Assembly: GCF_902713615.1 (NCBI RefSeq)
Contig: NC_052163.1
Location: 14,952,248 to 15,016,247, forward strand
Direction: 5' to 3'
From: Scyliorhinus canicula
Taxonomy: Eukaryota
Length of the DNA: 64,000 bases
The stretch's first letter is position 1. Each line of letters opens with the position of its first letter. Shown one piece after another: positions 13,524-25,449 of this stretch. Made by a program: the position numbers and the translations under genes. The notes under the pieces were generated by a model, which was not told the DNA's origin, made no database searches, and worked only from the letters and a program-made list of their open reading frames with translations.

Positions 13524-13758
13524 TCTTTCTTTCTCTCAGACTTTGTTTTCACACTGCTTGCCTGTTCTTCCTCCTCGTTATCCAACTCAGGACATCGGGT
13601 CAGTTGAGTTTTGGTCAAGAACATTACGTGCTGTGTTTCCTCCTCCATGCGCTGAATGTAGGCACTTTCGGGCTCGCGTTTCCGCCGTTTAAACTTTGGA
13701 ACTGGTATGTCTTGGTGGAGACCTGAACCCACTGAAGCAGGCTTCTTCGCTGGCTTTT
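13524..13758 (-). CDS. CCDC137: CCDC137 coding exon 3
   Basis: Acceptor acacccAG, donor GA|GTATGT. Encodes DIPVPKFKRRKREPESAYIQRMEEETQHVMFLTKTQL, a conserved CCDC137 block. 235 nt, phase 1 to 2. Confidence 0.93.
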
Positions 13759-14525
13759 CTGGGTGTTTAAAGAAAAATAAATTCAGTGTCACTTTTTACG
13801 CTATTACAGTTTATCCATTTGAAGGTTGAGTTTGTTTGTGTCCTACACAAGAATGAGCTATTTTGGTCTAAAGACAGCCTTCTCAGAAAGAGACCCAAGG
13901 GTATGGATGAGAAAATACACCAGTAAGTAAATGACAGCTTTGGTTAAGTACTTTCAACCAGATTCCCACACATAATTATTATCCACAAGCAAGCAAAGCA
14001 CTTGTCAACATTGGAACTTGGCTGTATAAGTCTCTATTGCATAAACAAAAGGAATAGGAAAGGACAGCACGGTATAGGGCAGCACGGTAGCATAGTGGTT
14101 AGCATAATTGCTTCACAGCTCCAGGGTCCCAGGTTCGATTCCCGGCTGGGTCACTGTCTGTGCGGAGTCTGCACGTTCACCCCGTGTCTGCGTGGGTTTC
14201 CTCCGGGTGCTCCGGTTTCCTCCCACAGTCCAAAGATGTGCGGGTTAGGTGGATTGGCCATGCTAAATTGTCCTTAGTGTCCAAAAAATGATAAGTGGGG
14301 GTTATTGGGTTACAGGGATACGTAGACTTCAGTAGGGTGCTCTTTGTAAGTGCCGGTGCAGACTCGATGGGCCAAATGGCCTCCTTCTGCGCTGTAAATT
14401 CTATGACTCTATTCTATGACCATCTGCTCCAACAAGCCAGCCCACCCAAAGAACAAAGAAAAGTACAGTACAGGAACAGGCCCTTTGGCCCTCCAAGCCT
14501 GCGTTGACCGCGCTGCCATCTAAAC

Positions 14526-15439
14526 CAGTGTTCTTCAAATTCCGGGGGGGGTGGGGGAAGAGACCCGCGGGTGGGTTGCGGGCGCGTGTCGGGAGGGTCA
14601 CAGAACCGTCCTTCACGGCACTCCCGATAGAGCAAATCCCAGCGCAGCAACCGGCTTTTAATAACGCCGGCAGCAGGCGGCCTTCAAAATGGGCAGGAAC
14701 ATGTTACAAAAATTTGGCCGCATTGTGCATGTGCAAAACAATGCGCATGCGCGCCGATGATTGGGCACGCATGCGCAGAGCGGCTGCTATTTTTAAAAAA
14801 TGGTCTCAGATTTTTGTTTTACAAGTTCGGGAGATTTTTATTCATTTATTTTATTCATTTAATTTTTATTTTATTTTTTTTTACAAGTTCGGGGGGGGGG
14901 GTTTTATTCATTTTATTCTTTTTTACAAGTTCGGCGGGTTTTATTCATTTATTTTATTCATTTAATTTTTAGTTTTTGTTTATTTTATTCATTTTATTAT
15001 TATTTTTCTTACAAGTTCGGGCGGGGTTTATTTGATAAAATTATACAGGAAAAAAATGCAGAACTTTGGACAGATGGAGACTCCATACTTTCCGACACCG
15101 GAAGGCTTCACCTTCATCCAACAGGTTCCATCGGAGGAGTGTGTAGGAGGGCCAAAAGGAACCAAAAACATTTCCTCCATTTTTGTCAGCAGCAAACAAG
15201 GTAAGAGAAAATGGCGGGTCGCTCAGGTCGAACGGCGTGGGTCGCGAAGGCCGGCCGGCGTGGGTCGCGAAGGCCGGCTGGCGTGGGTCGCGAAGGCCGC
15301 CTGGCGTGGGTCGCGAAGGCCGGCTGGCGTGGGTCGCGAAGGCCGGCTGGCGTGGGTCGCGAGGGCCGCCTGGCGTGGGTCCCGAAGGTTGGCTGGTTGG
15401 TAAAAATGGGTCCCCGGAAAAAAAGTTTGAAGAACACTG
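14526..15439. mobile_element. Non-autonomous hAT (Charlie-like) DNA transposon
   Basis: Perfect 14-bp TIRs CAGTGTTCTTCAAA / TTTGAAGAACACTG. 8-bp TSD ATCTAAAC / GTCTAAAC. Inserted in a CR1 3' relic. No transposase ORF. Confidence 0.85.
15234..15394. repeat. 23-bp GC-rich minisatellite, about 7 copies, inside the hAT element
   Basis: Unit GGCGTGGGTCGCGAAGGCCGGCT in tandem. Confidence 0.92.
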
Positions 15440-16400
15440 GTCTAAACTAAAATCTTCTACACTTCCAGGGTCCGTATCCCTCTAGTCCCATCCTATTTCA
15501 TGTATTTAAACTTGTAGCCATGTACATCACTGAGGCCCACTCAACATCATACTATCTCCAGCAGAAAGATATGGTGAGTAGCCCGAGGAAGCATCCTCTT
15601 TTGGCTCACCCATGAAGAATGGCTGCTTGGGGAAGACAGCAGAGGGCTGCTGGCACTCATGGAACTACACTCCAGCAAAAGATAAACCCTTCAGAAGCAA
15701 AAAGAAGAAAGTTAGCCAAAAGGAAAAGCTTACAATTGGAAACTTACCCAAGGCCAGAAAACACATCCATAGTTAAATTACTACAATTAAAATATAATTT
15801 GATGCCTTTAAGCAACTGAGCTGACAAGTCGATAGCATGGGTGCAACACAATATTTGCTAAGAAGAGTCAAGGTCAAAAGGCAAACTTAGAAATGTGAAC
15901 CCTTTTATAGTATCATATTTTTAAAAATAAATTTAGAGTACCCAATTCATTTTTTCCAATTAAGGGGCAATTTTAGTGTGGCCAATCCACCTGTCCTGCA
16001 CATTTTTGGGTTGTGGGGGCGAAACACACACAAACACGGGGAGAATGCGCAAACTCCACGCAGACAGTGACGCAGAGCCGGGATCGAACCTGGGACCTCG
16101 GCGCCGCGAGGCTGCAGGGCTAACCCACTGCGCCACCATGCTGCCTTTATGGTATCATATTTATGCATCATTCTATTAAGTAAAAAGACTATTTGCAGAT
16201 TTACTTTTCTCCCTCACCGAAATTATACTAATAGTGTAAAACATAAATGTGAAGCTGATAAAGATTAGTATGTGTTTCTGTTTTGAGTCACATACAAAAT
16301 GTAAAGTTTTTAAAAATTCTATTCACAGGGCAAGGGTGTCACAGTCGAGGCTAGGCCAGAATTTATTGCCCACCCTTAATTAACCTTGAGAAGATGGCCG

Positions 16401-17219
16401 TGTCATGATGATGGAGGAAAACCCCAAATTAAGCACGGGCATATTTAAAAGTTCAGAAAGACCTGTGGTTTTAAAACGCAAGGACAAGTCAAAGATGGCT
16501 GAAGATGTAAATTTAATCACTGGCTGAATTTCTGATGGGTGATACCGAGAGGCAATGGAATCACCCCATTTTCAAGGACACATCAAAAGTACCATATTGA
16601 AACTAACTACCACCTTCTGTGGAGATAATGGTGATTATCATCTTAGCAGCAATTATAGCTGCTGAGCAATATCGCAGGCCGGTTTGTGAATTTTTGCCTT
16701 CCAGGAATATACAGAGACTGGGATAAATGCCAGCTGCAAAACCTGGTCAGTGTCAACTAGTGTTGGGGAAAGACAGCAGCAGAGCCCTGCAAAGGTTTTG
16801 CAGGGAACCCACGTTCTCTCTGACTGGTAAGGAACCCATGTCAGCAAAGCTCCAGCTGAAAAGGAAACAAGGCCAATCCACAGAACACTGGAATCTCAAA
16901 ACCGACAATTCACCTGAAGTCAGCAGTACTGGATTCACGAATTGCAATGGCTACAACATTCCATCATCTACTTCTCACAAACAAGTCAGAGACCAATTCC
17001 TTTATTTTCATTTTACCTATTTTCTTGTTGCGACCGAGGGGGTTGAATAAAGAAAGGGAGCCAGTGAACCCCTCCTCGCCTGAGCATTATAATTTGGAGG
17101 CATCCCGTCCGGAAGTTAAATACTTGAGGGATCTTGTCCGAGATAACAAATTTGGGAAACCTCACCTGGGAACCGGTGGTAACAGTGGTGTACTTACACC
17201 CAGTGCCACGATTATGACA
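16401..17219 (+). mobile_element. Possible solo LTR
   Basis: TGTCATGAT...ATTATGACA inverted termini and AATAAA near 17047. No clear TSD. Confidence 0.4.
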
Positions 17220-18668
17220 CAGTGGTTGTGAAGAAATAGTGTAGTAGTTCCAAGTCAGGATGTGTGTGTGACTTGAGGGGAACTGGAGGTGGTGGTATGC
17301 CCATGTATCTGCTGTCCACGGCCTTCTAGGTGGTTCAGGTCATAGGGTTGGATGCTGCTGTCAAACGTGCCTTGTTAAGTTCCTACAGTGCATCTGGTAG
17401 ATGCATCACACTACTGCCACTGTGCTACAGTGGTCGAGGGAGTGAATGTTGGGGGTGCCAATCAAGTGGGCTGCTTTGTCCTGGATGGTGTTGAGTTTCT
17501 TGGGTGTTGTTGGGGCTGCACTCATCCTGGCAAGTGGAAAGTATTCCATCACACCCCTGACTTGTAGATAACGGACATGGCTTGGGAGTCAGGAGGTGAA
17601 TTACTTATCACAGAATTGCCAATCTCTGAGCTGCTCTTGTAGCCACAGTATTTACATAACTTTCTCAGTTCAGTTTTTGGTCAATGGTAACCCCCAGGAT
17701 ATCGACAGTGACGGAATTAGTGATGGTAATGCCATTGAATGTTATGGGGAGATGACTGGATTTGCTCTTGCTTGCGATGCTCACTGCCTGGTTCTTGGGT
17801 GATGTGAATGTTACTTATCAGCGCAAGCCTGAATGAGGTCCATGCCTAAGAGGCTTTTCACAGTAACTTCATTGCAGTGTTAATGTAAGCCTACTTGTGA
17901 CAATAAAGATTATTATAATTATAATATTGTCATGCTTTCTAGGCTTTTTGGGATGTCATCTTGAATTTGATTAAGATGCATTTTCACTCACCATAGCAAT
18001 TAATCCTGCGATTGCAATCATAAATAAATTTAGATATCAACTTAATGACTGAATTATTTTATTTCCTATCTAAATGGAAAATATTGGGGCAGCACAGTCA
18101 TGCAATGGTTAGCACTGCAGCCTCAGTGCCGAGGACCCAGATTCGATCCCAGCCCCAGTGTGGAGTTTGCACATTGTCCCCGTATCTGTGTGGGTGTCAC
18201 CCCCACAATCCAAAGATGTGAAGGGTAGGTGGACTGGCCGTGCTAAATTGCCTCTTAATTGGAAAAAAATTAAATTTGGTACTAAAATATTACATTAACA
18301 ATATCAAAAGAAAGGTACAGGACAAACATCTCCAGCAGCGCTCTCTGGATACCTTTTCTCTGCTGTTTCATAGTTTGAAAACAGCATTAATGCAAACTAA
18401 CTGCATGTTCGCCTCTCCAGCCTCCCAAGTGGACAGCTCCAGTTTTTCATGAGATTTGTCCACGTCACTAAATAAATCCCATGTTCATTGGTTACTTACT
18501 TTGGGTTCTGTGGATGGGATTTGTCCTATTTCCCTGGGTAAACCACACTCACTATAAGCGGCATGTACCATATCAAATCTCTACAGGGTCTATAATAAAC
18601 ATGCACCCCAGGCTATTGTCAGGTGAGTAATACGTTTTAACGGAACAATGTTAAGTTGACCACCTTAC

Positions 18669-18796
18669 CAGGCTTTCTCTTCTGCTTATTCATTTTCTTC
18701 ACCATTTTCTCCCTACTCCTCATTATCTCACGGACTTTGTATGGAATTTCCTGTTCATCAATATTTTTGGGCTTCATGTTGAATTTCTTCGGTTCG
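18669..18796 (-). CDS. CCDC137: CCDC137 coding exon 2
   Basis: Acceptor ttttaaccccatAG, donor G|GTAAGG. Encodes EPKKFNMKPKNIDEQEIPYKVREIMRSREKM..., matching recalled human KPKNQDEQEIPFRLREIMRSRQEM. Confidence 0.93.
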
Positions 18797-20421
18797 CTAT
18801 GGGGTTAAAAGTTCGTTATTGTAAATAATCTTTGTCTTAAATTATTTTACCGTATCTATACACAAGGCTGACAAATGCACAAAAGTCCATTATCTTTTTT
18901 GCCCATTCAGTTTCCACATGCACCGCCAAAGAACAAGAGTATGAAGAAAATACTGATTCATTCACTATATATTTTATTAACAATAATAATCTTTATTGTC
19001 ACAAGTAGGCTTACATTGCAATAAAGTTACTGTGAAAAGCCCCCAGTCATCACATTCCGGTTCCTGTTTGGATACGGAGGGAGAATTCAGAATGTCCAAA
19101 TTATCTAACAGCATGTCTTTCGGGACTAGTGGGAGGAAACTGGAGCACCCAGAGGAAACCCACAGACACGGGGAGAACGCGTAGACTCCGCAGTGACCAA
19201 GCCGGGAATCGAACCTGTGACCCTGGAGCTGTGCTAACCTCTGTGCTACCATGCTGCCCTGTGAACACCCATGAATGCCATTTTATAGGCATTCTCTCTT
19301 CTTTGCCCACTCCTCTAATTCAGTACTGCATTCACCCACAACTTGTCTCAGTAGTGGACTCAGCATTAAAACTGATCATCAAACTTGTTGAGAACCTTGT
19401 CAGGCAATTCACTCTACTCCACTCTTTCTTATCTCCAAGTTCCTTCACCAACTCAAATTTGTGATCCCAGCCATGTGAAAGAAGCATGTTTACTTCTTTT
19501 TGCGATCACAAATGCTTACTAACGTTGCTCCCATTTGTTATGAATTATCTCTTACTAGGAGTTAAATACCTTGTCATGGTACTTATGAGATTTGGGGATC
19601 TGACTTAATGCGACTCAAGAGTTGAATGACTACAGGACTCTTCATTCTTCCATGTTAACAACCTACGCATTCCCCTTAAAAAATGCAATGTGCAGGTAAA
19701 ATTAACACTTAAAAACCTCCTGACATTTGAGTTGCTGCATAATTAAAATAGTTCAAATCCAGCTGGACTGCAGATGTGGGGCTCTCTTTCTCTATTTGTA
19801 AATGCATTTGAGGAATAGAAAAGTTAACCAGTCTCAGTCAATTTTATAAGATACATTATCATGTAGAACTCTTTTAAATTGAATAAAAAGCTAAAAGCCC
19901 AATTTGCCTATAGTTTTTGGTGTTATGATGGGTTTACAACACATTATGTTCCTAATTATTAATAAAACAGCATGGTAACACAGCAGTTAGCACTGCTGCC
20001 TCACAGCACCAGAGACCCAGGTTCAACTCCAACCTTGGGTGACTGAAGTTTGCATGTTCTCCCTGTGTCTGCGTGGGTTTCCTCTGGGTGCTCCTCCCAC
20101 AATCCAAACACATGTAGGTTAGGTGGCTTGGCCATGTTAAATTGACCATTAGTGCTCAGGGATATACAGGTTAGGTGCAGTTACAGGGATAGAGAAAGGG
20201 AAGTGGGTCTAGGTCGAGTGCAGAGGGTCAGTGCAGACTCGATAGGTCGATTGGCCTCGTTCTGCACAGCACAGATTCTACGATAACCGTAACACAGGTC
20301 AATTGATATTCTACTTCATCTGACAAATAGAACCAACCGCTACATGTTCCAGGACAGTCGTTGGTGGATTTGCACATTGAGTTTGGATTTAGTTTTACTT
20401 CCCCAGCCCCCTGTTTTGAAC

Positions 20422-20820
20422 ACCACAGCAATGTGATTAGTTAGCAGATGGTCTGTCATTTTGGGGGTGGGGGTGGTATTTGCGCACAGCAAGATCCCAC
20501 AAACAGCAATGTGATGAGCGAGCGGATGATTTTTTTGAGAGGGGGGCATTTGCGCACAGCATGACCCCACTAACAGTAGAATGATGAGTGAGCGGATGAT
20601 CTGTTGCTGGGAGGGGGGGTGGAATTTTCGCACAGCAAGATCCCACAAACAGCAGTGTGATGAATGAGTGGATGATGTTTGGGAGGTGGTCATTTGCGCA
20701 CAGCATGACCCCACTAACAGTAGAATGATGAGTGAGCGGATGATCTGTTGCTGGGGTGGTGGAAATTTCGCACAGCAAGATCCCACAAACAGCAGTGTGA
20801 TGAGTAAGCGGACGATGTGT
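20422..20820. repeat. Minisatellite of about 70-bp units with alternating A/B monomers in CCDC137 intron 1
   Basis: GCACAGCAAGATCCCACAAACAGC (x3) alternates with GCACAGCATGACCCCACTAACAGTAG (x2), plus a partial first unit. Confidence 0.85.
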
Positions 20821-20973
20821 TTTTAAGGGATGGGGGGGGGGGGGGCGGGGGTGGATATGGGCCAGCGGCAGAATGTGCTCGTTAATCCCGGTTAGTGAGA
20901 GTTAACCGAGGCCGCTAGCTGGGAGAGCGCTACGAGGGTGGCCAATGTCCCTCCGCATCTCCCAGAGCCCCAC

Positions 20974-21152
20974 CTGTGCCGCGGCTCCTTCCGGCGCCCG
21001 GCCTCCACATGTTTCCCCCTCTGGCGCTCCGCGGGCCCGGCATCTACGCCCTTCCCGCTCCGGCGCCCCGCGGGCCTGGTCTCCACGCCCTCCCCGCTCC
21101 GGCGCCCCGCGGGCCCGGTATCCACGCCCTTCCCGCTCCGGCGCTTCGCCAT
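20974..21152 (-). CDS. CCDC137: CCDC137 coding exon 1
   Basis: ATG at 21152 in strong Kozak context (gcgATGg). Encodes MAKRRSGKGVDTGPAG...KEPRH, then AG|GTGGGG donor at 20973. 179 nt, phase 2, matches the exon 2 acceptor phase. The sequence is poorly conserved, so the call rests on position and phase. Confidence 0.8.
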
Positions 21153-21361
21153 CGCCCGGCCACTTCGCGCACGCGCCAGCGCTTCACCCATCCGATTGGC
21201 TCCGACCCTACACCACGTGCCAGGTACGGCGCGACCCGATTGGTGGCCGCCGCTGTCGGTCAGTGGCCGGGTGGGCGGGACTTCCGTTGCCAGGCAGCCG
21301 CCCCCTCCCGGCCCTGGCCTGGCAGCCGCCCCCTCCCGGCCCTGGCCTGGCAGCCGGCTCC
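21153..21361. promoter_or_regulatory. Bidirectional GC-rich promoter/5' UTRs shared by CCDC137 and OXLD1
   Basis: 209 bp between divergent ATGs, CpG-rich. Two ATTGG (CCAAT) boxes at 21195 and 21239, CACGTG at 21214, an NRF1-like GCGCACGCGC near 21167, a GGGCGGG box near 21273 and an ETS-like CTTCCG at 21281. Confidence 0.75.
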
Positions 21362-21424
21362 ATGGGCAGCTTTCTCCGTGCCGCTGCCTGCAGCCTGTGC
21401 TCCCGCTGGAAGGTGCCCGGCGCG
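21362..21424 (+). CDS. OXLD1: OXLD1 coding exon 1 (putative mitochondrial-targeting N-terminus)
   Basis: ATG at 21362, MGSFLRAAACSLCSRWKVPGA, then a consensus GTGAGT donor at 21425. Phase 0 joins in frame to 25884. Confidence 0.8.
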
Positions 21425-22129
21425 GTGAGTGCAGATTGCATTTCCCTTTTTGCCCAGAGTGGCTGTAATGCAGGCGGCTCCAGCGTTAGGAGGGACCTGG
21501 GTGCCTTCACCTCACCTTGAGGAATACCTTCCTTCAACCTTGCTACCGCTTCCCCCTTTCAAAGCTACCTGTGTGACCAAGCAAGCAGTCACCTGCCCCA
21601 AGCATCTCCTTTATTCTTTCACAGGGTGTGGGGCATCGTTTGCAGGACCAGCATTTGTTGCCCATCCCCAATTGCCCTTGAATGGCGCGGCTCGCGAGGC
21701 CGTCTCACTGCTGTGGGTCCGGAGCCGTCCGCCGGCCGGACTGGGCTTCCAGGCCAGATGGTCACCCTCACTGGAGCAATATTCCAGATTTATTCTTTAA
21801 TTTATATTCCACCCGTTGCCCTGGTGGGATTCAAACCCAGTGTCAAACCCCAGTGGAAAGGGGCATGGGTTGAGCTGGGTTTCCCTTGAAATGAAATTAA
21901 AATCACTTATTGTCACAAGTAGGCTTCAAATTAAGTTACTGTGAAAAGCCCCGAGTCACCACATTCCGGCGCCTGTTCGGGGAAGCTGGTATGGGAGCCA
22001 GCACTGACACGATGGACCAAATGGCCACCTGTACTGGAACCATTCCATGCGCACCAGTGTCAAATTTTGTTTCATAACACTCCTGTGAATTGCCTCTTAA
22101 TAAAGGCACTTTATAAAATGTAAATTCTC

Positions 22130-22510
22130 TCACGTCCACATGTCCATGTCCGTCCTTGGCCTGCTGCAATGCTCCAGTGAAGCCCAACACAAACTGAAGG
22201 AGCAGCAGCACATTACAGGACAAAACATTGAGTTCAACAACTTTAGACTGACCTTTCTCCTCCATCTTACCCTTTTTTTATTTATAAAATCTTTGGGGGG
22301 CCCCAACCCAAAAACTCCCCCTCCCCACTGGGCCATCTGTCACTTGTTCTTATGTTTTGCTACATCTTTGTTGTAATCTCTCCCAGCCTGCACTAATCAC
22401 TGACCTTCTCTGTTCCATCCAACACATTTTTCCCTCTCTTCAGCTCTGAAGAGTCATATGTACTTGAAATATTAACTGTTTTCTCTCCCTGTGGATGCTG
22501 CCAGACCTGT
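22130..22510 (+). mobile_element. Second Penelope-like family, 3' fragment
   Basis: MSVLGLLQCSSEAQHKLKEQQHI...NIEFNNFR, followed by a pLTR with a degenerate CUGAAGA...GAAA core at about 22446-22475. Confidence 0.65.
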
Positions 22511-24867
22511 TGTGTTCCTCTTTTGAACTCCCACTTTCATTGTCCCAATGATGATGCTCATACCTTCAGCTGTATACATCCTAATTTCTTGAATTCCCTG
22601 CTGAAACTGTGCCACCTCTCTTTCTTCCTTTAAGACTTTGCTACCTCTTTGACCAAGCATTTGTCATCCATCCCCATATCTCTTTTGACTCGGCAATCAT
22701 TTATTGTTTATCTGAGACATTTTGGAAATGTAATTTATTATACTGGATAATTGAATTGTGGAGTGGCATCAAAGATCATCCATTCACAGAATCTAAGCAG
22801 CTATGTGTGCAAAACTCGAGTTTCATTTGATTTATTTTATTTAAGAGATCCATGTTTATAATAGGATGAAAAAGTGATTGAGATTAATTTTTTTTTGGGG
22901 GGGGTGACCAATGAATAGATTGGGAAGCAATTGACTCACATCCTGACTGTCTTGGCTAAAGAATACTATGTAAATGAAAAATAACAGTCCTTTGCACAGC
23001 ATAACACCAAGCTGTGAAGGTTAAGTTGCCCTGCAGTGCATCCTGTTTCCTAAACTGTGCTGCCAAGTACTGTTCCGGTCATCCGAGAGGATTAATTGTT
23101 TACAATCTACTAACAGATCAGCAAATGTTTTTTTATTTGACAAGTTTTCCCCTTCATCTTTGGCAGGGCTATGGTTTTCTTAGCGTCAACTGTCCCTGTG
23201 TGTGTTCTCAGTTTATGATTGAGGTTATTACAGCCAACCTACTCCTGTCATCTATTTAGAAGAATGAGGGTTCATCTGATTGAACATAGAACATGCAGTG
23301 CAGAAGGAGGCCATTCGGCCCATCAAGTCTGCACTGACCCACTTAAGCCCTCACTTCCACCCTATCCCCATAACCCAATAACCCCTCCTAACCTTTTTTT
23401 TTGGACAGTAAGAAGTCTTACAACACCAGGTTTTTTTTTGGACACTACGGGCAATTTAGCATGGCCAATCCACCTAACCTGCACGTCTTTGGACTGTGGG
23501 AGGAAACCGGAGCACCCGGAGGAAACCCACGTAGACACGGGGAGAACGTGCAGACTCCGCACAGGCAATGACCCAGCAGGGAATCGAACCTGGGACTCTG
23601 GCACTGTGAAGCCACACTGCTAGTCACGTGTACTACCGTGCTGCCCTTATAAGAAACATATAAGATCCTGAGGGTAGATACTGGGAGGATGTCTCCACTT
23701 GTGGGAGACACTAGAACCAGGGGACAAGGTTTAAGAATAAGAGATATTTTGTTTAAGACATAGGTGAGAATTTTGTTCTCTCAGAAGGTTGTTAGTATGT
23801 GGAATTCTGTTCCCCAGAAAGCAGTGGAGGCTAGGTCATAAATTTATTCAAGGCAAAATTAGATTTTTGATAGACAGTGAGTCAAGGGTTATGGAGGGTT
23901 AATGGCAAAGTGAAGTTCAGAGAAGCTCAAAGGGCCTACTCCTGCTCTGAAGTCCTATGTCCTGTCCTCTCCTAATAGAGATCCCTGGATTGTGATTAAA
24001 AATGGGTATTCTAACTGCTTTACCTCTTCCCTATCTCCAGCCTGCAGGTACTAAGGCAATCTATTCTAACAGGGACATTCCTGGCTTTGTGGTTCAGCTA
24101 CTCATAACTAGCTGGATCATTGAGAGGTGGGGAGCATTTAACAAATCATTCTTAATAGTCAAAATCTTTCTGGTTCAAAGCAGTAAAATGGCTTCTGAAA
24201 CAATGGTTTAATTTTTGATATAATCCATTTGCTATTTGAATAAGGAGCAATGGCAATTTACTTTATAGCGAAACTCTTCCCAGTAAAATTTAAAATATAA
24301 CTCTCTATGGTGCAACGAGACGAGGAGGCGTTAAAAATTAATAGGCTGTAAAATAATCATTTTTACCTTGGAACCACTTACTGGTTGAACAGACAAATAA
24401 TTTTTTTTTTTTTTTTTAAATAAATTTAGATTAGCCAATTATTTTTTCCAATTAAGGGGCAATTTAGCGCGGCCAATCCACCTACTCTGCACATTTTTGG
24501 GTTGTGGGGGCGAAACCCACGCAGACACGGGGAGAACGTGCAAACTCCACACGGACAGTGACCCAGAGCCGGGATCGAACCTGGGACCTCAGCGCCGTGA
24601 GGCGGTTATGCTAACCACTAGGCCACCGTGCTGCCCTTGAACAGACAAATAAAACAGAACTACCTGCAAGGGCCTTGGTTGGTCTCGACCAATTCCTGAA
24701 CACGGCTATGCAGATACGTCCTCTTGATACGATACTCAAAAAGCTATCCTTCACATACAAACACAGATAGAGGGTCAGCAGGTTATTAGACTGGGAGGAT
24801 ATCATAGCCCAGTCTGAGACTCCTGAACTGAACCCATTCCCATGCCCTCCATCAGTGGATCACAAGA

Positions 24868-25315
24868 TAGACCATAAGACATCGGAGCAGAATCAGGCCA
24901 CTTGGCCCATCGAGTCTGCTCCGCCATTCAGTCATGGCTGATATTTTCTCATCCCCATTCTCCTGCCTTCTCCCCATAACCCCTGATCCCCTTATTAATC
25001 AAGAACCTATCAATCTCTGTCTTAAAGAAACTCAAGTGAATTGGCCTTCACAGACTTCTGCTGCAAAGAGTTCCACAGATTCATCACCCTCTGGCTGAAG
25101 AAATTCCTCCTCATCTCTGTTTTAAAGGATCATCCCTTTAGTCTGAGATGGTGTCCTCTGGTTCTAGTTTTTCATACAAGTGGAAACATCCTCTCCATGT
25201 CCACTCTATCCAGGCCTCGCTGTATCTTGTAAGTTTCAATAAGTTCCCCTCTCATCCTTCTAAACTCCAACGAGTAACAGACCCAGAGTCCTCAAACGTT
25301 CCTCATACGACAAGA
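24868..25315 (-). mobile_element. CR1 LINE 3' fragment
   Basis: Resembles the 3' end of the 4550-5367 copy (gctccgccattca...catggctgat). Confidence 0.8.
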
Positions 25316-25449
25316 TACTCCTGAATAACATTCCTTTTACTTCCTCTTAACCCAGGGGCACTATGACCATTTGTAATGATCCTACTACCTTCTGTTTGAT
25401 TCCAATCCAGACCTGGGATTGAAGCTGGAGGCAAGATAACCTATAGGAA

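Noticed and set aside
20422-20820. Repeat-spacer look resembling a CRISPR array
   Set aside because: The context is a vertebrate intron with no cas genes, and the apparent spacers are homologous to one another. It is a minisatellite.
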